DNA of 64,000 nt from Octopus vulgaris (Eukaryota), in assembly GCA_951406725.2 (NCBI GenBank), contig OX597826.1, forward strand, positions 22,072,001-22,136,000. The letters run 5' to 3'. The notes under the pieces were generated by a model. It made no database searches and was not told the origin of the DNA. It saw only the letters and a list, made by a program, of their open reading frames with translations. Shown piece by piece: positions 11,807-25,069 of the stretch (positions within the stretch are counted from its first letter, which is position 1; the number at the start of each line of letters is the position of its first letter). A program made the translations under genes and the position numbers.

Positions 11807-14622
11807 TCATCATCATCATCATCGTTTAACATCCACTTTCCATGCTAGCATGGGTTGGACGGTTCAACTGGGTTCTGGGAAGATCTGGCAGGGTATCTAC
11901 AGCTGGATGCCCTTCCTAACGCCAACCACTCCGTGAGTGTAGTGGGTGCTTTTTACGTGCCACCGACATAGGTGCCAGACAAGACTGACAAACGGACACG
12001 CTTGGATGGTGCTTTTTACGTGCCACTGGCACGGAGGCCAGGCAAGGCTGGCAATGGCCACGATCGGATGGTGTTTGTTATGTGCCACCGGCACGGAGGC
12101 TAATCGATGCAATGCTGGCTATGGCCACATTCGGATGGTTCTCTTACGTGCCACCGGCACTGGTATCACAACTACAAATTCCATTGATGTTGATTGATTT
12201 CGATTTTGATTTGATTTTTTGATTTTCACTTGCCTCAGCGGGTCTTCACAAGTAGAGTTATGTGTCCCAAGAAGGAAGGTATGCACAGGTGGACTGACGA
12301 CGTCCCAGGGTAGAGGCCACGGGTTGTGGTCTCACTTGTCCTGCTGGGTCTTCTCACGCACAGCATACTTCCAAAGGTCTCGGTCTCTGATCATTTCCTT
12401 GGTGAGACCTAAAGTTCGAAGGTCGTGCTTCACCACCTCGTCCCAGGTTTTCCTGGGTCTACCTCTTCCACAAGTTCCCTCAACCACTAGGGTGTGGCAC
12501 TTTTTCACACAACTATCTTCATCCATTCTTACCACATGTCCATACCAGCGTAGACGTTGCTTTTGCACACCACATCTGATGCTTCTTAGGTCCAACGTTT
12601 CTCTCAAGGCACTTACACTCTGTCGGGTATGAACACTGACAATACACATCCATCGGAGCATACTGGCTTCATTTCTTGTGAGCTTATGCATATCCTCAGC
12701 AGTCACAGCCCATGTTTCACTGCCATGTAGCATGGCTATTCGTACACATGCATCATACAGTCTGCCTTTTACTCTGAGCGAGAGGCCTTTTGTCACCAGC
12801 AGAGGTAAGAGCTCTCTGAACTTTGCCCAGGCTATTCTTACTCTAGCAGTTACACTTTCAGCACACCCGCCCCCGCTACTGACTTGATCACCTAGGTAAT
12901 GGAAACCATCAACTATTTCTAGTTTTTCTCCCTGGAATGTGGCGGAAGATGGTCTCTGCACATTTTCAGTGCTTATTGCACCAGAACATCTGCCACATAC
13001 AAAAACTATCTTCCCAGTTAGCCTTCCTTTGACATTGCTGCACCTCTTATGTGTCCATAGCTTACACTTGGTGCATTTTATAGAGTTTCTACCTACGCCT
13101 TTTCTACAGATCGAGCAGGGCCATCTTCCTGAAGGTGTTTGTGATTTGTCTACCTTCCTACTTATTAGGACTTTGGTTTTAGCTAGGTTGACTTTAAGGC
13201 CCTTCGATTCTAATCCTTGCTTCCACACCTGAAACTTCTCCAGTTCTGATAGTGACTCAGCAATTAGAGCAAGGTCATCAGCATAGAGAAGCTTCCAGGG
13301 GCATCCTGTCTTGAATTCCTCCGTTATTGCCTGGAGGACTATGATAAATAGGAGGAGGCTGAGGACTGAGCCTTGGTGGACCCCAACCTCTACCCAGAAT
13401 TCTTCACTGTACTCGTTGCCAACCCTCATCTTACTGACAGCGTCCCTGTACATGGCTCGCACAGCTCTCACTAACCATTCATCTATCCCTAGTTTCCTCA
13501 TTGACCACCAGATAAGGGATCGGGTGATCCTGTCAAAGGCTTTCTCCAAGTCAACAAAAGCCAGGTACAGAGGTTTATCTTTGGCTAGGTATTTCTCCTG
13601 CAGCTGTCTCACCAGAAATATGGCATCGGTGGTGCTTTTCCCTGGCATGAAGCCGAACTGCATCTTGTCTAGGTTGACTCTCTCCCTAATCAGTTGGGCT
13701 ATGACCCTTTCCGTAACCTACATTACCTGATCCAACAGCTTGATACCTCTGTAATTACTTGTATCTAGGGCATCACCTTTACCTTTGTAGCAGTTGACTA
13801 TTATGCTACTACACCAGTCATTGGGTAGGACTCCTTCGTGTATCACCTAGTTAACTATACGGGTGACTAGGCTATAGCTGACACTGCCAGATATTTTGAG
13901 CATCTCTGCAGTAATTCCTGATGGGCCTGGGGCTTTCCCTGTCTTCATGCTTCTAATTGCCTTAACTACCAAGGAACTGTCAACTCGGATAGCTGGTCCC
14001 TCTGTTGGGTCGACATTCGGCAGACTCTCTTTATCCCATTCATTTTCTTTGTTGAGCAACCTTTCATAGTGGCATCTCCAAACCTCTCTCTTTGCATCCT
14101 CATTTAGCGCAAGTGAACCATCATCCATGCAAACACATTTCTCTCCTACCACATCACAATTCTCTCTCACACACTGTCTTGCAGCACGAAATACTTCAAG
14201 TCTTTGGTCCTCATGGCGCAGAACATTGGAAAATTTTTTCTTATCTGCTTCCCCTCCGGCTAAATAAACCTGTCTCCTAGCTTCTCTTTTCGCAGTCTGA
14301 TACAATTCCCTACTACCGCCATTCTTCCAGTCTTTCCAAGCCTGTCTCTTGTCTCTAATAGCCCTGTCTATGACATTGTTCCACCACCATGTTACCCTGG
14401 GACGAGATGGGACTTTGCTCCATCCACAGATCTGGTCAGTGGCTCTCAGCAGATTGTCCCGTAGAAACCTCCAGTTGGCTTCCACATTATGTGATGCTAT
14501 ATCCCCTTCTATTTCGTCGAAAGCTTTGAGTAGGACGTCTCTAAATCTCCGTCCATTTGCAGGATCTTTAAGTTTCCAGACCCTTCTCCTCCAAGCTGGT
14601 CTTCTTCTGGGCATCTATTTAG

Positions 14623-14625
<3 letters not shown>
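11807..14625 (-). mobile_element. RTE-clade LINE, 5'-truncated, (GAT)n tail
   Basis: RT motifs QFGF, FVDLEKAFD, GVHQGSVLS, LLYADD, FHYLG; RTE C-terminus RLRWYGHVVRM...GRGRPRKTW; APE domain missing; stop at 13847 and frameshift near 13715. Confidence 0.95.
12332..14614 (-). pseudogene. RTE reverse transcriptase ORF (disrupted) with embedded Cys/His finger
   Basis: ORFs 14614-13847 and 13663-12332 are consecutive parts of one RTE ORF. Confidence 0.9.
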
Positions 14626-14657
<32 letters not shown>

Positions 14658-14980
14658 TATAATTTCCAAATCAATCAGGTGTATCCTACAGTGTTATATG
14701 CATCTACATATCGTACTTTGGGGTCTTATTTATCGTATATTTATATATTTATCTATAAATATGCAAAGTATCTGATAACAATCAATATTCAATTTTGGGG
14801 GCTTAATCGATATGCGGATATTCTATTTCAGATAATACAAATATAACCTATTGAGTATATCTGACAGTAAACTCATGGTACCAGGTTGCACATCACAAAA
14901 TAACCTAAATTACCATCTATATAATGTATCTCTTTAATTATATCATACTTTAGTTAATACTTATATTTATTAAATATGAA

Positions 14981-15098
14981 GGAACTACACGTGTTTCAGT
15001 ATTGGAAGATTACAATATATATACATATACACAACTGTATACCTATATATATACATATATAAATACATGTATAATTATTTCAACATTTCTTCAGGTCC
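14981..15098 (-). ncRNA. Hammerhead motif with an expanded stem-loop II
   Basis: ggac-CTGAAGA-[about 90 nt, TA-rich loop]-GAAA-cacgtg-TA-gttcc; palindromic helix III CACGTG; lies in an AT-rich unit (about 14655-15220) between microsatellites. Confidence 0.6.
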
Positions 15099-15220
15099 TA
15101 TTTCAAAATATTATATATCTAATTTTACATCCCTTTAAAAATAAGCAATGCAATTAACCATTAAAAATTAAAAATTATGAATTAGAAATTAAGAATAAAA
15201 ATTAAGAATAAAAAATATAT

Positions 15221-15261
<41 letters not shown>

Positions 15262-15539
15262 GTACACGCATACACATATACATGTGTAGATATATTACAG
15301 TTAGGTCAATGAAAAATAAAGAAATATGTTTTTAAGGCAGAATTACCCAAAACATAAAATCCTGACATGTAACTAGCCCACCCACCCAGCCCCCCTGTCA
15401 CACATGAGCCAATGAAGCTGCAATGTGGTCAATCAATCTGCCAGAAATAGAAGCTAAAATTCCCTGAAATTACACCTTACTGTCTTATAAAAACAAGAAG
15501 GATTGTAGAGAGGTGAGAGATGATGAGATGTGGATGGGA

Positions 15540-16295
15540 GAAAAAGATGTCAGAACATCAGAGATGTTGAGAAAATTGTTGTGTGTCTATAAAGACAGTA
15601 AGCATACATTTTGGAGTTGGAATGGAAACTGTACACAGAATTACTCACGAATATCTGAACTGTGCAAAATATGTTCCCAGGGTGCTCAGTGACAAACAGA
15701 AGGAAAGACACACTGGTGACAGCAGGAAGGTGGTTAAGCTTATCCAAGAGTACTTGAGTGTTGAGTTTCCTGTGACAAAAGCTGTATCTATTGCTATGAC
15801 CAGAGACCAAGAAACAGAGTGCCCAATGGAAGTATCCTAGCAACCCCAGAGCCAAGAAGGCCAGGTAAAGCAAATCTATTGGGAAACTCATGCTGATTCC
15901 CTTTTTCGATAGCAAAGACATCACTGGGTTCCCTCTGGCCAGATGGTCAACACAAGATATTCAGGAAGAAATTTCACCTCTAAAGGCCAAAACAGGTGCA
16001 CCAGTCCACATGTTCCGTCCTTAACAGAGAAGGGCATCAAAACTGTCCCTCATCCTCTTTGCAGTTCAGACCTTGCTGCCTGTGACTTTTGGTTGTTCCA
16101 CAAGCTGATGGAGGTGATGACAAGGACACCTTCACTTTGGAGGATTTCCATGGGAGCCTTCATGAAGTGGCTGCAGCACCAGAACAAGTGCATTGCAGTA
16201 TGAGGGTCCTGCTTTGAAGGAAATCAGAGTTTTGCACTTCTTTGAAATGTGTCTCTCCTGAAAAACGTCTCAAAAATTTTAGAATGCACCTTGTA
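15540..16295 (+). mobile_element. Mariner-type DNA transposon relic
   Basis: Fragments TVHRITHEYL..CAKYVPRVLSDKQKE and TVPHPLCSSDLAACDFWLF (HPPYSPDLAPCDF motif); right TIR-like end ...gaatgcaccttg+TA. Confidence 0.8.
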
Positions 16296-16566
16296 AAAGA
16301 CAAAGGTGAGTAAAAATTAGTACACCAGACATTTACTTTAAAATGTAATTGGAAGTTTCATTTAGACTAATTGCTTTCACAGAACACATAACTCTAACAG
16401 GATTCTCTAAATAATAGAAGACTGGTGCAAAATTGTAGCTAAATCTCACTAAAATTACAGTCATGAAATGAATGAGGAGAAAATTGGATAATGTGGTTCC
16501 GAATGGGATGAGTGTGTCTGGGACATCATATCATTGGTCCCTTCAGTCACGGACAACCTAGAGCTA

Positions 16567-16638
16567 AACAACAGTAGTAGTAACAACAACAACTATAGCA
16601 GCAGCAGCAGCGCCGCCGCCGCCACCACCACCACCACC

Positions 16639-16670
<32 letters not shown>

Positions 16671-16712
16671 CACCACCACCACCACCACCACCAGCAGCAG
16701 CAGCAGCAGTAG
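16567..16712. repeat. Compound trinucleotide microsatellite (AAC/AGC/GCC/ACC)
   Basis: Direct reading. Confidence 0.9.
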
Positions 16713-16737
16713 CATTAAACAGGGTCAATGAACTTAC

Positions 16738-16825
16738 AGTAGAAATATTTCCGAGAAATAATTGAACCATTGACATTTCTGAAGTCCAACCAATGCCAGT
16801 CTCAGAACTTCTTTCAGCAGCCAAA
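16738..16825 (-). CDS. TTC6: TTC6-like exon
   Basis: tttAG/GTAAG; LAAERSSETGIGWTSEMSMVQLFLGNIST; phase 2-0. Confidence 0.82.
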
Positions 16826-17929
16826 CTAAAAGTGTGATAAAAAGACATGTAGAATACAGGTTGTGTCAGATAACTGAGAGCACCTTATACCAAAAAGGTA
16901 AGATGTGTTAAAATAAATACATCAAAGAAACAAGCCATTCCACATAACCACACACAACTTCATACCAGAATCAAGTAGCCACCATCTGTACTACACTCCA
17001 TCTCCTTAATGGCAGAGTCAAATGAGTTGTTAGCATCATGAGGCCTCTGTACCACACCAACAATGTCCCATTTACCATAGTGCAGAGTGTTCAAATAAGG
17101 AGAGTTTGTGGGATCCTGTGATCCCACAAACTGGGGATCACATTATTGGGTTGTTAAAGAAAAAGTGTTGTAAAATATGGCATTAAGTGGAAAATCTTAT
17201 GGAAGTGCAAAATTTATTTTAAGAGCAGCAGAAAATTATGATTATGCTTAGTCAAGAAAAGAGCCATATCAAAGAACTTTCAACATACAAATGTATATCT
17301 AAACTGCAGAAGTGAGATTTGTAGTGCTTGCCCAAATGAAAGAAAGTATATTTTATCATGCATGTGGGCTTCATCATGACTATAAACACCAGTTCTCTAC
17401 CTTTGGCTCTTTCACCATCAGACCCTAGGAAGCCAGAAAAGAGTTTACCTAAAACGCAAATGAATACACAGCTATATATGCACCCTAACATAAGTTAAAA
17501 CATTTAGATCCCCATTCAGTATTCCCTTGACCCACCTTCCTAAAAAAAACCTTACACATATAACACTCTCGCTGCATACATTCCAACCCTATTTGAATAC
17601 CAACCTCTAATTCCTAAGCACATTTCCAGAAAGCTCTTGTAGACTTACAGCATCCTAGAGGTTGTTGTCAAAGGACATAAGTCTTGATAGAACCCTTACT
17701 CAGTTTGTTCCATCTCTTTTTCAAAGCACTCATAAATCAAATGTGTTTTACACCTCCAATAACAGAAAGCAGTCACCTTATTTTTTCCATACCTGCCAGC
17801 TCTGACAATGACATGGTATTACATAACCAGGCAGATATCTAACATCTGGTTTAATACCCAATGTAAAACCAATAGGTAAGATTGGCTGTAATGGATTTAT
17901 AATTCTGTACACTTTGATTAATATATATA

Positions 17930-19202
17930 TGAGGTTTGTCTGTAAAGTAATGGGACTGGTGTCACAAACAATTTATTTCAATTTCAAACAAAAAAACTAC
18001 ATGGTTTTCCCTTCAAAATAATCCCCTTGAGTCTGATGCATTTTTCCATCCTTCTATGGAAGGATTCACCTGGGATGCCCTTCAGCTCTGTTGTTACAGC
18101 TCTCTTGATGGCCTCCACACCTTCAAAACAGGTCCCCCTTGATGATCTGGAGTTTGGGGAAAAGAAAAAAGTCACATGGAGCAAGATCAGGTGTACAGGG
18201 AAGTTATTCCTGTACAGCAATGTTCTTCTTGGTTAGGAACTGCTGGATGCTCAAGGTCATCAGGTGCGTTGTCATGGTGAAGCAGCCATGATTTGTCCTG
18301 TCACAACTCGAGTCTCTTCTCGTGCACTGAGCGAAACAAATGCCACAGGATCTCTCTTGCTGATTGATCATCTGGCCCCGTGGCAGTGAGAACTCACTGT
18401 GGATGGTACTCCTCACATCAAAGAATGTAATCAACATAACTTTTGACTATCTTGCTTTCTTCAGCCTTGGCATTGTTGCAGCTTTCCAACTCTGGTGCTT
18501 GGCTTCCGGGTCATACTCGAAAATCCCTGTGTCATCACCATTGATGACTCTATGAAGCAAGTCTGGTTCAGTTTGAAAACTTTCAATGATGTACTGACAC
18601 ACCTGCATACAGTGCTCCATTTGATCATCATCCAACAGCCTAGGCACCATTTTTCTGCAGACTCCCGCATGCCTAAAATCTTTGGATATAATCTTCCAAA
18701 CACTGTCTTTTCTCATGTTCCAGCTGACTTGTGACCATTCCAATGGTCAACCAATGATTGCCATGCTCAACCTGCCTTGCTTGCTTGATGCTGACCTCAC
18801 TCCTACATGTTGAAGACCTCCTGCTCATGGGGGTCTTCTTCCACCTCCTCGCACCCCTCTTTGAGCCTCTCATGCCACTCAAAAACATAATGTCATCTCC
18901 ATACACTTGCTGAAGTATTTCAAGTGCTTGTGACTAAGTTTCCCCCCAACTGGACCAAAAATGTCAGGGTTATTCGTTGCTTGGCATTCATCGTTTGTTC
19001 CTCAGTGCTCATAGCTGAACGACTGAAAAAGAGGAGGAATAAACAAAAGCAGGCGAAGAAATATGCAATGGTTTCAGAAAACTTAGATTACAGTTATATA
19101 CTCCCAAGGTATTATGTTAGATGATAACACAATCTGCTTATCTCTCTTTCGCTCATAGCTCACACAACACACTCTGTTTTGTTTCTTTTCAGACAGACAT
19201 TA
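17930..19202 (-). mobile_element. Mariner-type DNA transposon, decayed, near full length
   Basis: KMVPRLL, VINGDDTGIFEYDPE (GDETW motif), MLITFFD; degenerate TIRs gaggtttgtctgtaaag / cttttcagacagacat within TA runs. Confidence 0.85.
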
Positions 19203-19212
19203 TATATACATC

Positions 19213-19293
<81 letters not shown>

Positions 19294-19400
19294 TTATATC
19301 TAATCCTACTCATTTGCCATCTGTCTTCCAATGAAGCATTTAAAAATCCTGCTAAACACAGATATTACATTTGGTGTGCAAAAACTGAAAACTCACTTAC

Positions 19401-19453
19401 CTAAGGAAAGCATGTGACATGGCATAGTTGCCCAGCTTTAAATTTAAGTAACC
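19401..19453 (-). CDS. TTC6: TTC6-like exon
   Basis: ttcAG/GTAAG; GYLNLKLGNYAMSHAFL; phase 0-2. Confidence 0.85.
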
Positions 19454-21353
19454 CTGAAAAGTTTCCACAAAAGTAAAATTCAAATGTATAAGCAACACAA
19501 AGATGGATAAATAAAAAGTACAAAAGGAGTTTCATGAAATCAATAATAGCTTCAAACATGGCACAAAGCAACACTCTTGATTGGGTCGGGGCTCCAATTA
19601 ATTGAATCAACCGCAATATTTGACTGCTAATTATTTTATTAAGTCCAGAAAAAATGGAAGGTTAACGTTAGTGGGATTTGAACTTTAAACACAAAGTTTC
19701 ATAAATAAATACTGTGGTCCAGAGTTGATCTTAAGTTTTGTGAGTGAAATAAACAGGAACTGTGTGGAAACCTAGTTGAATAGACTCTACAGTCCTCCTT
19801 GTTTAACAGCACAAGCTGGCCTTTGGATGCATTTAGTGGAACAGTTCATTTTATGGAGACTGTGCATCAATGCAAGCATGTGCAGGCCTCAGCAAGATGT
19901 TCTCAAGATTGGCAGTTGTCCATGAATGTTTGGTGTTTATCCAGCAGAAATGCTTCTGACATGGGCCAATACAGCTTGGCACCAGTGTCATTGCAGGTAA
20001 GCATTGCTGTTAGAACAATAAACACCTGGAACAGACAGCACAAGTAATCAACTTATCCTCTGCTCCTCTATTGGTACTCCTTTAATTGGGTTTGAAGTCA
20101 GAAAAAATACCACAAAGTATTCCATCCAACATTCTTATCAACTTTGCCAATTTTGCTGTCATAGGTTAACATTAAATAACAAGAATATAGAGTGGTAAAC
20201 ACCCAGTTTAACACCACAACCTGGTACCCCAAGATCTTTAGTAATCTCTAGTCTGTGGCAAACATTCAGGTCTCTGCCTTCTCACCAGTCTCAAAAGTCC
20301 CTAAAAGAATCATGAATATTGTCTTTTTTTCTACCACTAAGCCATTAAAAATATATAAAGAACAAAAGGAGTTCATGTAGCAGCCAAATCTCCCCTAATT
20401 CTGCTGCCACTGTCACCACCTCACTCTAGTTTCTATTTCTGTTTAGAAACATTGTCATTTACTCATTATCAATCAAGGTAGACTTATTCCGTTGAGAACC
20501 CAACAGTTTTTAATTGTTTCATCTCTTTCAAACATATTGTTACATAATATTCCAATATTTTAAACATTTTTTTTTTCTTTAATGACTCCCTTTTGAGGGT
20601 CCCTAAGATGGATGGAAGAAAGTTGTGACGTGTATTTTAGAAATTGGCACCGCATGTTTTTTGTAGTGGTTGACGTCATGTTTAATAGTGTTGGCAAATT
20701 TAAAAATAAACACAGAATGAAATATTGTATACAAAAGCCAAGATTGTCAATGACTAGTGAGCCGAGGTTCAGACGTCTAGACAAAAACAACCAGTTGAAG
20801 AGAAGAAAAGGAAGAAGAAAAAGCTGCAGCCATTATATAACAATTCCTACAACAAACTTCTGGACATATTTATGATCAAACACATAAAAAGAGTTGTTGC
20901 ACTTGAAGGAGACAAATCAACTGTACACATGCATCTCTTTTTGTGTTAATAAACTAACAGTTTCCACAAGACCGTCATATTGCTATATTCCTTGTCCAGT
21001 CAGTCATTGTTCTTTGTATCTTGATAACGAGATATTTATCTCTTTTTGTGGTAACCAGTGAACAGTTTCCAGAGAAGTGGTCCTGAAGCTGGAAACCTGA
21101 CCTGAAGGCTGCCTTTAGTAGAGTCCAATCTATTACAAGTAAAAATCAAGTTTTGCATCCAATGAAAAGAATGCTCCTTCCAATGGGTTCCTACACAGTT
21201 TCCATTTATCACATTTTACTGACTTTCTTTGCACAAGTATGTAATCAAACTTGAAACCACAAAATGAACTTGTTAATGATAGGGCTATAGCTGCACTCAA
21301 CAACTACATATGCAATTAATGGTACACAAATATAATTAAGAAAAAAAACTTAC

Positions 21354-21428
21354 CAAATGAAGGTAGGCTCTATAGTTATTGGGCTGTATATGAATTACAA
21401 TGATGAAATCTTTTAAGGCATCAGTGTA
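21354..21428 (-). CDS. TTC6: TTC6-like exon (TPR)
   Basis: acAG/GTAAG; YTDALKDFIIVIHIQPNNYRAYLHL. Confidence 0.9.
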
Positions 21429-22359
21429 CTGTAAAGACACAAAACATGGCTGTACTAATACAAAATTGTAACTTTTGTAGATTTAATTCTCTCTCTCCTC
21501 CTTGATATGTTCTGAGTTCAAATCACACTGAGCTTAACTTTGTTTCTCATCTTTCTGGTATCTCTTCTATTATGATTCCATTCAAATCTATGATGCCTTA
21601 CAAAAATATAAATTAACTCTAGAAATTTTTTTCATTGATCCTAAAAAGGGAAAGCAAAATTGACCCTTGCTGATATTTGAACTTTGTAAAGAGTCTTAAC
21701 TAAATATCATAAAAGCATTTTGACAGAAGCTCTAATGATTGTAACTTAATCTATCGAGTCAGGTACCAGTCATATATTGCGATTCAGTAACTAACTACAG
21801 TGTCCCCAATAATGTTTGATTCTTCATTAATGTTCGATATGAAAATGTAATTTAAAATATACTTGAAATCAGTTTCATTATATTTTGTATTAAATTTTTT
21901 CTGAGGTAATTGATATTTCTTAATAAGAACATTTTCAGTAACTGGATAATAAACACAACAGCAGAAACAAATGTGTTGACATTCCTAAAGAAAATATAAA
22001 TATCTGAGAAGATAATAAATTTAAGTATTTAAAGCTTTGTCAGTGGATTTGGTAGACAAAAACTGAAAGAAGCCAGTCGTGTGTGTGAGTGAGTGTGAGT
22101 GTGTGTAGACCCTTGTCTTGAAATGATGTGATGGTTATAGATGAGCCTTGATGTCATACAAGTGATGTTGTTCATTTCCAGTCTTTCATAAAAGACATGT
22201 CAGGCCATGGGAGGAAATATTACCTTGCCTGGAAACTGGTGAGTGTTGGTGACTGGAAAGGCATCTGCTTCAATAAATTCCATCCAACACATACAAGCAT
22301 GGGAAAGCGGTTAAGATGACAATGACAACAAGGATGATGATGATAATGATGACGATGAT

Positions 22360-22604
22360 TTTGTCGTAAAGATTGTTTGCCAACAAAACATGGCAGTCCT
22401 GGTTTAGGATGAATGTTGCTCTAGCAATACACAGATATTGTTTTGAGCTGAGTGGGGGTGCTAGATTCCCTTGTTCAAAAATATAAGGACACAGATTGTG
22501 TCGTATAGCCAGCTGGAGACAATGAGTCCTGGGGTTAAATTACAGCAACATTTATCCTAAACCAGGACTGCTTTGTCATGTTGCAAAACAATCTTTACTA
22601 CAAA
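22360..22604. mobile_element. MITE-like foldback, about 65-70 bp terminal inverted repeats
   Basis: tttgtcgtaaagattgtttg...gcagtcctggtttaggatgaatgttgct is mirrored by agcaacatttatcctaaaccaggactgc...aaacaatctttactacaaa. Confidence 0.7.
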
Positions 22605-24609
22605 GTACTGTTGCTGAATATCTCATGTTGTGAGATTTAAAAATAGCAATTTTCTGACGATTTTGTTAATTACCTAATTAATAATTCCATTGCCATTATG
22701 TCTCCATTCAACTGACTTCATGAAAAGTAAAATTTAAATAAACTAATTATAGCTGTGCCAGTGGCTTATAGATAAAGGCATTTATTACTAAACTTCTTTT
22801 AATAATAAAGGCTTCCAGCTTGAACCCTGTCTAAGACCGTGCACACAGCCAGGCCAGTTAAAACGAAGACATCTCATGATAATCATCAATGAAACACATC
22901 AATTGATTATAAAGATGATGTTAAAATATTCAAATAGTGTAAATAAACATATTAAAGAATCATAATAATCTGTTAATATTGTTGCCAACAAAATCTTCTT
23001 TGAAATTTATCCAGAATATTAGAAATTACAACAAAAGTTGTTGAAGATAACCCAAAGGTGAAAGGATACTGTATAAATACAATCGCAATATTTGTAAATA
23101 TTAATGTGGAAATTAATTAAGACTAAATTCCCTTGATGAGACTGGTCAGAAGATATTTAAGGATCTAGTTGGGATGGCTGTCAGCATTTCAAAAATTAAA
23201 GTTTATTGAAATTTTTTTAATTTGGCACATTAATATACTTTTCCAAGTTGAATTGCTGAAGTTATTTCCCTTTTTCCAGAAAAATGTTTTAAAAATGTTA
23301 TAGAGGTTTAAAGTTTAATCATTTTCACCCAATCAGGAAACAGGATTTGGAAGCTGTCATTTTGTGCGTGACTGCAAGTGTTGTCAACATTCTGAAAATA
23401 GCATGTCATTATATGAAACTAAACAAATCAAATTCTGCTTAACGTATGTCAAACCCCTCATAACTTTTTTAAAATTTGGAATTCTCAGAAAATTCTCGTG
23501 AATTTGTATTCTAAACATGGAAATTCATACGATTATGTAAAAAAATTTTTAATGGAGGAGACAAAAGAGTTCTCATGTTTGGCTTGTTACTATGGAAACA
23601 AGCATGAATGTGTCTGTGGCTTATGATTGGCTAAAATTACCCCAAATCTTCAAACTTTAATTGCTACTAACATTTTATTGATTTATAGTGAAAATGATTT
23701 TCACATCATTCATTAGCCTATAAAAGTGTATCATTACACCAAATATGAAATCAATTCAAACAGAAAATGATGCTGGCAGCCAAACCAACTAGATCTGAAA
23801 TGAATGTATTCTTCATTGATTTAGAAACTGCCTTTAATTTTCTGATGGAAAATGGATTAACTCCATGATTGATTCTCTTCTCTAATATTGTTTCAAAACA
23901 GATTTTTAGGATTTTAACTTTTAATTGTTTAAACTTTTAAAGAACAAGATCTGATCTGCAAGCTTCATTATTCTCTACGACTCATAAAAGAATTACCACT
24001 ATTCTCATGGCAGCACTAAGAAGATATTTATTTCAGTAATCAGCAGAAAATCACAAAAGTGACTCAAGAGTTGACAGTTTCATTCTTGATACTTATCCAA
24101 CATAATCCAGCTAAAAGGGTAGAGTTACAATACAGGCGAATATCTATATTTAAATACCATTTTTGTGATTCTCTTATAAAACAATATTAACCTATCTAGT
24201 GCCCACAAATCAATGGAAGAACTTCTTGGTGGTTGGTTGGCCTGCTGGAAATAACAGTCAAATCTAACTCAAACAATAATCTATTGTCTTGAAAAAGAAA
24301 CATCAGATAATGTAGCCCTAAGTAGCCTTTGAATGATAGTGTGGATAATTATGAATAGAAGGGCTGTTAGTTCAGAGGCTAAATCAAGGTTGATCTGGGG
24401 CTAAATAACAAGTTTCCATGAAGTCATTCAAAGCAACACAACTGAAGACTGACCTCACTTCTGGCTGTTGATTTACAAAAACAACATCAATATCAATCTT
24501 CCAGTCAGAACTTAAACTTTTAAAAAATAACAAACACCTTCAAACAAGATATGTCATTTTCATTAAATTAATAAGTTACAAGCCATCAAAATGTACCTCC
24601 AATATTTAC

Positions 24610-24703
24610 CTGTTCAATTTTTTGATAAACCTGAGCACGGGAGAAATAACCTCTGATAGATGTAGGTTCCAGGTTTATTACATCTGTGTAATACATTAAA
24701 GCC
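24610..24703 (-). CDS. TTC6: TTC6-like exon (TPR)
   Basis: gcAG/GTAAA; ALMYYTDVINLEPTSIRGYFSRAQVYQKIEQ. Confidence 0.9.
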
Positions 24704-24852
24704 CTGCCAAATAGAAAAAAATATTACTAAAAATGAAACAGAAATATATAAATGTTGTTGTTTGACTGATTATCAATGAATTGAGGACACATTGTGGTTG
24801 CAGCACCAAGTACAAGAGTTTTAGTTATTATAGGAAACTCAGTATAGCATTG

Positions 24853-24895
<43 letters not shown>

Positions 24896-25036
24896 TGTAT
24901 GTGTGTGCACGTGCTTGTGTGTCTGTGTATGTATGTCATCATCATCATCATCGTTTAACGTCCGTTCTCCATGCTAGCATGGGTTGGACGGTTCGACAGG
25001 GGATCTGGGAAGCCAGAAGGCTGCTCCAGGCTCCAG

Positions 25037-25067
<31 letters not shown>

Positions 25068-25069
<2 letters not shown>

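Noticed and set aside
16564-16737. Poly-Ala/Gly/Val extension of the exon ORF
   Set aside because: Read-through past a strong GTAAG donor into a microsatellite
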